Assembly: GCA_949737515.1 (NCBI GenBank)
Contig: CATJCP010000201.1
Span: 471-64,470 of the forward strand
Length of the DNA: 64,000 bases
Source: an uncultured Oscillospiraceae bacterium
GTDB taxonomy: Bacteria; Bacillota; Clostridia; Oscillospirales; Ruminococcaceae
Reading direction: 5' to 3'
A model generated the notes under the pieces. That model saw nothing but the letters and a program-made list of their open reading frames with translations. It was not told the origin of the DNA and did not search any database. Shown here piece by piece: positions 46,124 through 54,659 of the stretch. Every line of letters begins with the position of its first letter. The stretch's first letter is position 1. A program made the translations under genes and the position numbers.

Positions 46124-47764
46124 TTATTTGGAGAATACAGTGTCGTAAACCTGCTGGGCTTCGTCCAGGGTTGCCTGGCCGCCGCTCTGGAGCCATTCGT
46201 TTACATAGTTGTCCCAGTCGGTCAAGGGCCTTGCGCCGGTGACAAAGTCAACCATTGCCTTGGAAACGATGGTCTGGAGATTGGTCTTGTACTGGGAGTC
46301 TGCTTCCAAGGGATAGCTCTTCATAACGTCCATGGGGCCTTGTGCCAGGGCGCGCTGGGCGTTTACATAGGTCATATCCTTAACCTGGGGATCGTATACA
46401 TCGTAGTTGGGGCAGACGGAGAACGCGCCGTTTGCACCGTACCAGGAACGCTCGTCAAAGGTGTCGAAGTTATCCATATAGGTGATGGAGTTGTCGTCGT
46501 TGCGGGTAAAGGTCTTGCCTTCTTCTCCATCATACATCAGAACGTGCCAGTAGGGATCGCTCTGGAGAACGTCCTGTACCTGGAGCCAACGCTCGATCAC
46601 TTCCGGCTTGCTTTCCAGCTGTTTGCCGAAGCCGATGGTGGGGATAACCAGTTCCATAACCAGCTGGGTCACGCCGGAGTCGCCGTGAGGGCCGGTCATA
46701 GGCGCAAAGTTGGTTACCTTGGCGTTGGGGTTGGCGTCAATTACCGGATCATACCATTTGCCGGAGAAGTACTTGGCAGCCGGGCCGGAGGTCCACCAGT
46801 AGGAGCTTGCGCAATAGCCCTGCTTGCCGCTGACCCATTTCTGGAGCCAGGAATCGGCGGTGTCGACCTTAAATTCCGGATCGATCAGGTCCTCCTGATA
46901 CCACTTGTTCAGGGTTTCCAGGGCTTCCTTGGTCCTGGGATCAATGGCGCCGTAGCCGATCTTGCCGTTTTCATCCAGGTAGTAAATGTTGGGATGGGAG
47001 CCGAACATGCCAAACAGCCCGGGCCAGATATTTTCTGTGGTGGTTTCAGGCAGATAGCCGCCCATGCCGTAGGTGTTCTTCTGGCCGTCGCCGTCGGGGT
47101 CGTTGTTGCGGAACGCCTTTAACACCTCATAGAATTCATCAATGTTGGTGGGGATGGACATACCCAGCTTCTCCAGCCAGTCCTCACGGATGACGTTTAC
47201 GCGGGAATGGTCTCCCAAGGGCCATACTACAGGCACGCCATAATTTTCGCCGTCCACCTGGGTGAAGATCCAAGCATCTTTATCCTTCTGCTCTACATAT
47301 TCCATCATCTTGGGCGCGTTGTCATAAATGACCTGAGGATCTACCTTGGCAAGCACGCCTTGGCGGGCAAACTTCTGGGTGATCTGGTAGGTGGTGCAGA
47401 GAAAGACGTCAGGGATATCGCCGGAGGCAACCTTCAGGTTCAGGGCCTGGGCATAGTCGTCGCCGGTGTAGGTTTCAAACTTGATTTTGACGTTGAAGTT
47501 GCTTTCAATCTGCTGCTTGACATAGGAGTCATCAGGGGAATCCTTGCCCACGGCATAGTCGCTGAAGAAGGACCACTCTACGGGGGCAGCGTCAGACGGG
47601 GGGGCTGTTGTGGAGGAAGAGGAACCGCCGGTGGAGTCAGTGCTCTGAGCCGGTGTGCTGGAGGATGGCGCGGTGCTGCTGGAGCTTGTATTTCCGCTGC
47701 AGCCAGCCAGCATCAGTGCGGCAAGGGTAAGGGCCAATGCCGATTTTGTTGCTTTTTTCATCAT
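46124..47764 (-). CDS. extracellular solute-binding lipoprotein (LplA-type)
   Basis: MMKKATKSALALTLAALMLAGC-SG lipobox, Ser/Thr linker, 546 aa. AGGAGG 10 nt upstream of ATG 47764. Confidence 0.9.
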   Translation of the reverse strand: MMKKATKSALALTLAALMLAGCSGNTSSSSTAPSSSTPAQSTDSTGGSSSSTTAPPSDAAPVEWSFFSDYAVGKDSPDDSYVKQQIESNFNVKIKFETYTGDDYAQALNLKVASGDIPDVFLCTTYQITQKFARQGVLAKVDPQVIYDNAPKMMEYVEQKDKDAWIFTQVDGENYGVPVVWPLGDHSRVNVIREDWLEKLGMSIPTNIDEFYEVLKAFRNNDPDGDGQKNTYGMGGYLPETTTENIWPGLFGMFGSHPNIYYLDENGKIGYGAIDPRTKEALETLNKWYQEDLIDPEFKVDTADSWLQKWVSGKQGYCASSYWWTSGPAAKYFSGKWYDPVIDANPNAKVTNFAPMTGPHGDSGVTQLVMELVIPTIGFGKQLESKPEVIERWLQVQDVLQSDPYWHVLMYDGEEGKTFTRNDDNSITYMDNFDTFDERSWYGANGAFSVCPNYDVYDPQVKDMTYVNAQRALAQGPMDVMKSYPLEADSQYKTNLQTIVSKAMVDFVTGARPLTDWDNYVNEWLQSGGQATLDEAQQVYDTVFSK

Positions 47765-47845
47765 AAAACTAAAACCTCCTGAATATTTCACAGACGGAAT
47801 CTGCGCCTGTGATTCTCTGGTTTCGGGTTTCTGTATGCATAAAGA

Positions 47846-48754
47846 TCAGCCTTTTACAGCGCCGATCATAATGCCTTTTTCAAAGTACTTGTAGACAAAG
47901 GGGTAGATTACTAAAATCGGGATGAGGGAGATCATAATCAGGGCGGATTTTACCTGTATCTGCCCAAGCTCTGTACCTTCCACCGCCTGCTTAAAGAAGT
48001 TGGAGGCATTGTCGTTGCTCATAAGGATCAGGGTATTGCGGAGCACTGCCTGGAGAACCAATTTGTTCTTATCCTGTATATACATGGTGGCGGCAAACCA
48101 GGAGTTCCAGTGCCCCACCCCTACCCACAGGCCGATGGTGGTAAGCACTGGCTTGGAAAGGGGGAGAACAATCTGGGCAAAGGTGGTAAAATGCCCTGCC
48201 CCGTCAATACGGGCGGCCTCCTCCAGGTCCGTCGGGATGGACATGAAGAAGTTGCGGATCACCATGATGTTAAAGGCGCTTACAATATTCTGGCACATGA
48301 GGACAAACAGGGTGTTGAGCAGGTTGAGCTGCTTCATAGCAATGTAGGTGGGGATAATGCCGCCGTTAAAGAGCATGGTGAATACAAGGAGAAATGTAAA
48401 AACATTGCGTCCAGGCAGATCGCGGCGGGCAAGGGGATAGGCAAACAGGGTATAGACCACCAGGGCTAGGAAGGTACCGCCTGCTGTAACCAAAATGGTG
48501 TTTTTATATCCAAGCCATACAGACGGGGCCTTGAGCAGGTTTTTATAGGCGTCTATGGTCATTTTGCCGGGAATAGGGAAGAAATGGAATCCTCCCCGGA
48601 AAGCTTCGTCGTTGGTGCTCAGAGAGACCGAAGTCACATGGAGAAAGGGATAAAGGGCGGTCAGGGCAATAAAGCCCACCAATATGGCCACAATCCAGCC
48701 AAAAATCGCGTCCCCTCGGGTTTTACGGATGGCGTTGGGATTTTTCTTGCTCAT
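47846..48754 (-). CDS. carbohydrate ABC transporter permease (LplC-type)
   Basis: EAA loop LEEAARIDGAGHFTTFAQIVLPLSKP, six TM segments. Confidence 0.9.
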   Translation of the reverse strand: MSKKNPNAIRKTRGDAIFGWIVAILVGFIALTALYPFLHVTSVSLSTNDEAFRGGFHFFPIPGKMTIDAYKNLLKAPSVWLGYKNTILVTAGGTFLALVVYTLFAYPLARRDLPGRNVFTFLLVFTMLFNGGIIPTYIAMKQLNLLNTLFVLMCQNIVSAFNIMVIRNFFMSIPTDLEEAARIDGAGHFTTFAQIVLPLSKPVLTTIGLWVGVGHWNSWFAATMYIQDKNKLVLQAVLRNTLILMSNDNASNFFKQAVEGTELGQIQVKSALIMISLIPILVIYPFVYKYFEKGIMIGAVKG

Positions 48755-48829
48755 GGGTAAACCTCCTTCAAGTTTTTGAAAGCTTTCTTACGGTACAATT
48801 TTTGCACAGGGAATGGGGGGAACCGGAGC

Positions 48830-49792
48830 TTAGAACAATGTGCTCTCATCCCCACCTACAACAGAGGCGATCTTATTAGTAGTAAGGACAAAGATCAATC
48901 CGACCACCGATTTAAAAAGCCCAATTGCAGTTCCGTAGGAATAGTTCATTTCTTGAAGGCCCTTTTTATAAACATAGGTATCAATGATTTCGGCCTTATC
49001 CAGAACAGCGGAGTTCATCATATTAAAAATCTGATCAAAGCCCGCGTTGAGGATGGAGCCGACGCTGAGGATCAGCATAATGACAATGACGTTGGAGATG
49101 GCCGGCAGGGAGATGTGCCACATCTGTTTGAGCTTGCCCGCGCCGTCCAGAACAGCGGCCTCATAGAGCTGTGGATCCACGCCGGATAGGGCGGCGGTGT
49201 AGATGACACTGTTCCAGCCCAAAGTCTGCCAGATGCCGGTAATGACAACAATTTTAACAAAGGTATTGCCTTCCCCTAGGAAGACGGTGGGCTGTCCCCC
49301 GAAGATCTGAACCAGGTAGTTAAAGGGTCCGTCCAAAGAGAACAGGTTGATAAAAATACTGGACAGGACGACCCAGGAGACAAAGTAGGGGAGGAAGGAG
49401 AAGGCCTGGGCCACCTTTTTATATTTTTGATTGGTGATTTCATTTAAGAGGAGGGCAAAGATCACAGGGATGGGAAATCCAAAGATCAGCTTACTGAAGC
49501 TGATCACCACGGTGTTGCGCAGCGCTTGGAGAAAAAATTTATCCCGGAAGGCCTGTTGGAAATATTTCATCCCCACAAACTCACCGCTGAGTATGCCGCC
49601 GGTAAAACTGAATTCCCGGAACGCCAAGCCTATGCCGTACATGGGCATATAGTGGAAAAAAAACAGACAGACGAGGCCGGGAATGAGCATTAAGTAAAAG
49701 ACACGGTAACTCCAAATATGTTTGCACTTTTGGGCGAATCCAGACGGACGGTCCTGCGCGGGGGCGGCGAGAGCTGACTTCTTCACAGCCAT
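48830..49792 (-). CDS. carbohydrate ABC transporter permease (LplB-type)
   Basis: YRVFYLMLIPGLVCLFFFHYMPMYG N-terminus. EAA loop YEAAVLDGAGKLKQMWHISLPAISN. Confidence 0.9.
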   Translation of the reverse strand: MAVKKSALAAPAQDRPSGFAQKCKHIWSYRVFYLMLIPGLVCLFFFHYMPMYGIGLAFREFSFTGGILSGEFVGMKYFQQAFRDKFFLQALRNTVVISFSKLIFGFPIPVIFALLLNEITNQKYKKVAQAFSFLPYFVSWVVLSSIFINLFSLDGPFNYLVQIFGGQPTVFLGEGNTFVKIVVITGIWQTLGWNSVIYTAALSGVDPQLYEAAVLDGAGKLKQMWHISLPAISNVIVIMLILSVGSILNAGFDQIFNMMNSAVLDKAEIIDTYVYKKGLQEMNYSYGTAIGLFKSVVGLIFVLTTNKIASVVGGDESTLF

Positions 49793-50730
49793 TACCTCCT
49801 TTTAATAATATGTTACAGTCCAGAGGGAGGACTTCCCGGATAGAGAGGCGACCTCAAAAACTGCCATAATCGTTTTAAGTGAAAATTCCCTGTGGAATGG
49901 TATTATTGTAGCATTTTCATGGGTAAATTGTCAATCGTCCATTCAATATTTTTTCATAAAAAAGGACAAATGTTAATTATAATCATATAATTCAGCGGTA
50001 AATTAGTATTTATACTGCTTATATATTGTTTAAAAATCATTTTATTTTGAATTTACTTGATATATATTCTCTGGAAGGATAAATACAAGAATATGACAAT
50101 ATTCACTTTTTATAGAGCGTACGAGATCGGTTTTTCCTCCATTTTTTGGATTGGAAAAAAAGGGAAAGAGAAAAGCGATTTTTTGTTCCCTCTGTCTTTC
50201 CCGCAGGGTCTGACAAGGATTGTTTTATGAAAAATTCATAAAACAATTAAACGCCGGAGAGAGAAAGGAACGTTTTTTACATATACAAAATCATTTATCC
50301 AGGTAAATGGATCGTTTTACGAAAAGATACATACACATATTTTACAAATCTGTTTTAAGTTATATCAGGTTTGACCTCTGCAATCTCCCTTGAAATAGTC
50401 CATTTCATTGCTTTTCCATTAGATAAAGAGGGAGTTCCCTATCTTTCAGAGATGCGGGAAAAAGATAAGACGGTTCCATCAAAAATCCATAACATATTGT
50501 ATTTGTATAAAATACAATTTTTCACCTCCTTTTTTGTGGGAAAAGGTAATTTTAGGAGTGTATATCATATCCAAGGCGACGCTCTGACAAAGGAGATTCC
50601 CTTGTAAAAACGTTATATCCAAATGAATCAACCCTTTTCTAGAAAAGAAAAATCTTGTGTATACTCCAAGTTTTGATGAAATTTGTACAACTCCCTGTGG
50701 TCGTGCATTTGATCAAATTGTATTTATATA
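49793..50730. other. ~0.94 kb AT-rich non-coding island
   Basis: Abrupt drop in GC relative to both flanks. No ORF with an RBS. Contains several palindromes (50219-50247; 50497-50519). Confidence 0.7.
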
Positions 50731-50766
50731 GAGGACAAATGCCGGGGGTTCCCGGCATTTGTCCTC
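50731..50766 (-). terminator. strong stem-loop immediately after the CmpB-like gene
   Basis: GAGGACAAATGCCGGG-GGTT-CCCGGCATTTGTCCTC (perfect 16-bp arms), A/T-rich flanks. Confidence 0.6.
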
Positions 50767-50773
50767 TGCAAAC

Positions 50774-51592
50774 TTATGGGGTGATATGCTTTTTCAAACG
50801 CTCCCAGGTCTCCAAATGCTTTCCGGAACGGGCGGAGGGGTTGCGGCGGAGCAGCCGAATCTTATCTGCGCTGAGGCGGTCGTGGAGTTTTTCCAGGTTG
50901 ATAATCTGCCTTTCATGTACAGACTGGAGCTCCCGGGCAAGCTTTTCCCTTTCTTGTGACAGCTTTTCCCTTTCGCGAGCAATAAGGGCTTCCAGCTGTT
51001 CCGCCCTGGCCTGGAGAGCCAGGCGCTCCTCCTGGAGCCTTTCGGAGCGCAGCAACAGCTCTTTCAGATCAATGGCAGTGCGGAAGGAGGAGGTAAAGTC
51101 CGCCGCGAATATGGCGGTAAGCACAAACACGGCGCCGTTCAACGGCTGCTCTGGGATAGCCAGCACCAACCGTTCAATGGGGAGGTGAACGGCATTGACC
51201 ATTAAAAGGCTTAGAAGCCCCCACACAATGGTGGAGCTGAGGCAAATATGCCCCTGGAACTGGAACTTTTTCTGGCTGTAATCCCAGTATCGGACATGGA
51301 ACAAGGCTTCCATACACACACCGGTCACATATTCCAGGAGGGTTGCAGAGAGCGCGCCGCAGAGGAAGGTCAACAGATGGTTTTCCCGAAGGGGAAGGGT
51401 GGAAACGAGGATCACCAGCGCCCCAGAGCCGTATATGGGCAGAAAAGGACCGCGGACAAAGCCCCGGTTGACAAACTTGCGCTGGCTGAGAGAAACCACA
51501 GTGGATTCAAAGCACCAGCCGATAAAACAGTATATGTAAAAAAATAAAAGCCACTGCGACAAAGTATAAACGCCGACAGCTGCAGCGGGCAT
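50774..51592 (-). CDS. membrane protein of the 'putative ABC-transporter type IV' (CmpB-like) family with C-terminal coiled coil
   Basis: FFYIYCFIGWCFESTVVSL...RGFVRGPFLPIYGSGA...LLEYVTGVCMEALFHVRYWDYS is typical of the family. C-terminal ~90 aa heptad-like (LQEERLALQARAEQLEALIAREREKLSQEREKLARELQ). Start ATG 51592 follows GGGAGGG. Confidence 0.7.
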   Translation of the reverse strand: MPAAAVGVYTLSQWLLFFYIYCFIGWCFESTVVSLSQRKFVNRGFVRGPFLPIYGSGALVILVSTLPLRENHLLTFLCGALSATLLEYVTGVCMEALFHVRYWDYSQKKFQFQGHICLSSTIVWGLLSLLMVNAVHLPIERLVLAIPEQPLNGAVFVLTAIFAADFTSSFRTAIDLKELLLRSERLQEERLALQARAEQLEALIAREREKLSQEREKLARELQSVHERQIINLEKLHDRLSADKIRLLRRNPSARSGKHLETWERLKKHITP

Positions 51593-51812
51593 GGCGATCC
51601 CTCCCAAGACAAAAATAATGTTTTTAGAGCTCAAATTGTCCTAACTATATCATACAGCGAATGGATTGTCAATGAAGGGGTAAGTCCCATGGATAAAATC
51701 CTTCAGGCGCCAATCTTCAGCTACCGCCCTCTTATTATTCGACAAAAATCCTGTTATTTGCCATAATAAGGAAAACTGCTTTATATTGCTATTGAAGGAA
51801 GGAGGGAATTAT

Positions 51813-52448
51813 GTGGGAAATGTATACGGATACATCCGTGTAAGCACCAGGGAACAAAATGAAGACCGCCAGCGCCTGGCCCTGCGGGAAGCGGGTGTTC
51901 CCGAAAGCAATATCTGTACAGAAAAGCAGTCCGGACGGGACTTTGACCGTCCTCAATACCAGCGCCTGCTCAGTGTCCTGCAGAAGGACGACCTTCTGTA
52001 TATTAAGAGCATTGACCGCTTGGGGCGCAACTATGAAGAAATTTTACAGCAGTGGAGGGTTCTGACCAAGGAAAAGGGGGTGGATATAGTGGTGTTGGAC
52101 ATGCCCCTGCTGGATACCCGCAGAGGTAAAGACCTGATGGGGACCTTTTTAAGTGACATTGTGCTCCAGGTGCTGTCCTTTGTAGCGGAAAATGAGAGGG
52201 ACAGCATTCGCCAGCGTCAGGCGGAGGGGATTGCTGCCGCCAAGGCCAAGGGCGTGCGGTTTGGCCGTCCGCCCCAGCCTCTGCCAAAAAAATTCCGCAG
52301 TGTATACCGTCGGTGGAAGGAGGGAAAGATCACTGGAGCCGCAGCCGCTCGGGAATGCGGTATGCCCCTGACCAGCTTTTTATACCGGGCGGAGGTTTAT
52401 GGAAAGACCTCCCCAGGCGCCATTGAGAAAAAGATACGGATACTATAA
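51813..52448 (+). CDS. small serine recombinase (resolvase/invertase family)
   Basis: VYGYIRVSTREQNEDRQ (catalytic Ser), SIDRLGRNY, ENERDSIRQRQAEGIAAAKAKGVRFGRP, C-terminal HTH. GTG 51813 lies 6 nt after GGAGGG. Confidence 0.85.
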   Translation: MGNVYGYIRVSTREQNEDRQRLALREAGVPESNICTEKQSGRDFDRPQYQRLLSVLQKDDLLYIKSIDRLGRNYEEILQQWRVLTKEKGVDIVVLDMPLLDTRRGKDLMGTFLSDIVLQVLSFVAENERDSIRQRQAEGIAAAKAKGVRFGRPPQPLPKKFRSVYRRWKEGKITGAAAARECGMPLTSFLYRAEVYGKTSPGAIEKKIRIL

Positions 52449-52675
52449 TTTGCCTTATAAGGGCTTTGCGCAGATTAAAAAATTCACAGAAACTTCATAG
52501 AAAAGATGACGCAGCTCGCCATTTTCATTGGTTTAAGTAAATAGAGCAGGGAGAGAGGCGCGGCACCAGAGAAAGATAAAAATGTCACAGAAAAGTCACT
52601 TTGCCCTGATAACCTTAAAACAGCCGGAACATAAAGACATAGAGATTGAGGACGTTTATTAAGGAGGAAATCGGT

Positions 52676-53188
52676 ATGGACGCAGGAGCTATTACCCACT
52701 ATTTGGAGGTCTACGGTGGACTGGCAGTGTTTGTCATTGTTTTGCTGGAATACATGAACCTTCCCGGGTTCCCGGCTGGGATCATTATGCCTATGGCGGG
52801 CATCTGGGCAGCCCAAGGGGGAATGAGCTTTTTCGCCACTATGGTGGTCACGGTTGGCGCGGGGCTTTTGGGGAGCTGGATTCTTTACTTCCTTGGCCGG
52901 TTCGGCGGAAATGTCTTTTTAAAGGGATACCTGAAGAGGTTTCCCAAGCATAAGCCGGCTATTGATAAAACTTTTGCAATTTTGAGAGAAAAAGGTTTTT
53001 GGGGAATTTTTGTCAGCAAGCTTCTCCCTATGATCCGCACTGTCATCTCTATCCCAGCAGGCGTTTTAGAGATGGACTTTGGAATGTACACCATCAGCTC
53101 CACATTGGGTATATTCCTGTGGAACCTGATTTTTGTGGGGGCTGGATACCTGTTTGGGGATCAGGTGCTTGCGTTTTTTATCAAATAA
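52676..53188 (+). CDS. DedA family membrane protein
   Basis: LEYMNLPGFPAGIIMPMAG, FGGNVFLKGYLKRFPKHK and LLPMIRTVISIPAG are canonical DedA motifs. Start ATG 52676 follows AAGGAGGA. Confidence 0.85.
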   Translation: MDAGAITHYLEVYGGLAVFVIVLLEYMNLPGFPAGIIMPMAGIWAAQGGMSFFATMVVTVGAGLLGSWILYFLGRFGGNVFLKGYLKRFPKHKPAIDKTFAILREKGFWGIFVSKLLPMIRTVISIPAGVLEMDFGMYTISSTLGIFLWNLIFVGAGYLFGDQVLAFFIK

Positions 53189-53202
53189 AGGAGGAAAAAG
53201 CT

Positions 53203-54477
53203 GTGAGAATCGCCATGATGACAAATAATTATAAACCGTATATCGGCGGAGTTCCCATTTCGGTGGAGAGACTGGCCCAAGGGCTGCGGGAGCTGGGGCA
53301 CATTGTATATATCTTTGCGCCGGAGTATCCGGGATATGATGGGGATGACGATCCCTATTTAATCCGGTATGGAAGTTTTTCCCATACCCTAAGCGGAGAT
53401 GTGCAGATTCCCAACTGCTTCGACCCTAAAATTGAGGACATCTTTGAGATACTGGATATCGACCTGATCCATGTCCATCATCCCATGATGATTGGACAGG
53501 CTGCCCTCCGCCTGGGGCGGAAATATCATATTCCCGTTGCCTTTACCTACCACACCAGATATGAAATGTACCTTCATTATTTAAAGCCTTATGCTCTCCT
53601 CCAAAGTTGGGTGGAAAAAACGCGGGACCCCATCTTGTCCTCCGCTGGCAGCGGGCTTCTCCACTGTGTCCAGGATGGGATTGTCCCCGGGTTTATCCGG
53701 CACTTTACCAACAGATGCGATCTGGTGATTGCGCCGTCCCGGTCTATGGCCTTCCACCTGAGGAACCAGGAGGTGGAGACCCCTGTAGAGGTCATGCCCA
53801 CCGGCCTTCCCGATTCCGCTTTCACCCCAGATCAGATCCACGCCGGAGAGATTCGGAGGAACTGCCGCAACGGAAAGCCGCATCTTCTCTGCACCGTTTC
53901 CCGGCTGGCAGAGGAAAAGAACTTGTCCTTTCTGCTAAAAGGGCTCGTCCGGCTGAAGGAACAGATTGGGGACAGCTTCCAGATGATTTTCCTTGGAGAC
54001 GGGCCTATGAGGCCGCTTCTGTCGGCCCAGGCGGAGGAGATGGGGATTGGGAACTGCGTCACCTTTTTAGGAAATGTCCCCAACCGGGAAATTGCTGATT
54101 ACTGCTGTGCATGCGACGCGTTTTTATTTGCCTCCAAGTCGGAAACCCAGGGGATTGTGCTGCTGGAGGCCATGGCTGCCGGCTGCCCCGTGGTGGCGGT
54201 GAATGCCTCCGGGACAGGGGATGTGGTGGTTTCGGGAAAGAATGGGTTTCTGACCGGGGAGGATACAGGGGAATGGTCCGGAAGGGCGGCCCAGATCCTC
54301 CAGAATAGTCTTCTGCGGGAGAGTTTGGCGTTGGGGGCCAGGCAGTCTGCCCGGGAGTACGGGTTCCTCCAGATTGCCGGGAAGGCCCAGAGCTACTATG
54401 AAAGTATGCTGCGGAGATACTGCTACTCCAATGCCTCAGGCTGGACCAGGGCGCTGGGGTTCCATGTAAACCGTTAG
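53203..54477 (+). CDS. glycosyltransferase family 4
   Basis: VRIAMMTNNYKPYIGGVPISVERLAQGLRELGH N-terminus. EX7E motif SKSETQGIVLLEAMAAGCPVVA. GTG 53203 (or ATG 53215) follows AAGGAGGA. The ORF-track start at 52999 is an in-frame upstream read-through. Confidence 0.85.
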   Translation: MRIAMMTNNYKPYIGGVPISVERLAQGLRELGHIVYIFAPEYPGYDGDDDPYLIRYGSFSHTLSGDVQIPNCFDPKIEDIFEILDIDLIHVHHPMMIGQAALRLGRKYHIPVAFTYHTRYEMYLHYLKPYALLQSWVEKTRDPILSSAGSGLLHCVQDGIVPGFIRHFTNRCDLVIAPSRSMAFHLRNQEVETPVEVMPTGLPDSAFTPDQIHAGEIRRNCRNGKPHLLCTVSRLAEEKNLSFLLKGLVRLKEQIGDSFQMIFLGDGPMRPLLSAQAEEMGIGNCVTFLGNVPNREIADYCCACDAFLFASKSETQGIVLLEAMAAGCPVVAVNASGTGDVVVSGKNGFLTGEDTGEWSGRAAQILQNSLLRESLALGARQSAREYGFLQIAGKAQSYYESMLRRYCYSNASGWTRALGFHVNR

Positions 54478-54504
54478 CAATTGTCCATATAAAAAAGCAG
54501 GCAA

Positions 54505-54550
54505 CCCCCGTCGGGACGTCTTCTGTCCCTGGCGGGGGCTGATTTATTTG
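54505..54550 (+). terminator. compound stem-loop after the GT4 gene
   Basis: CCCCCG-TC-GGGAC-N7-GTCCC-TGG-CGGGGG followed by CTGATTTATTTG. An A-run upstream gives weak bidirectionality. Confidence 0.55.
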
Positions 54551-54659
54551 CGGAAACAGGTTGCTGAGGACGATTTTGACATCTTTATCCCGCGTCAGCC
54601 GTCCTGTCGGGCAGGAACCGGCCCGCATACAATGATATCGTCATACCGTGCCCCTCTGG

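Noticed and set aside
50371-50607. 78-aa TTG-initiated ORF inside the AT-rich island
   Set aside because: It has no Shine-Dalgarno sequence, a non-ATG start, an AT-driven Lys/Ile/Phe-rich composition and no recognisable motif. It is kept only as part of the island description.
52999-53202. N-terminal 68-codon extension of the GT4 ORF overlapping the DedA gene
   Set aside because: This is an in-frame upstream read-through without an RBS. AAGGAGGA sits right before GTG 53203, and the GT4 fold begins at VRIAMMTNNYKPY.
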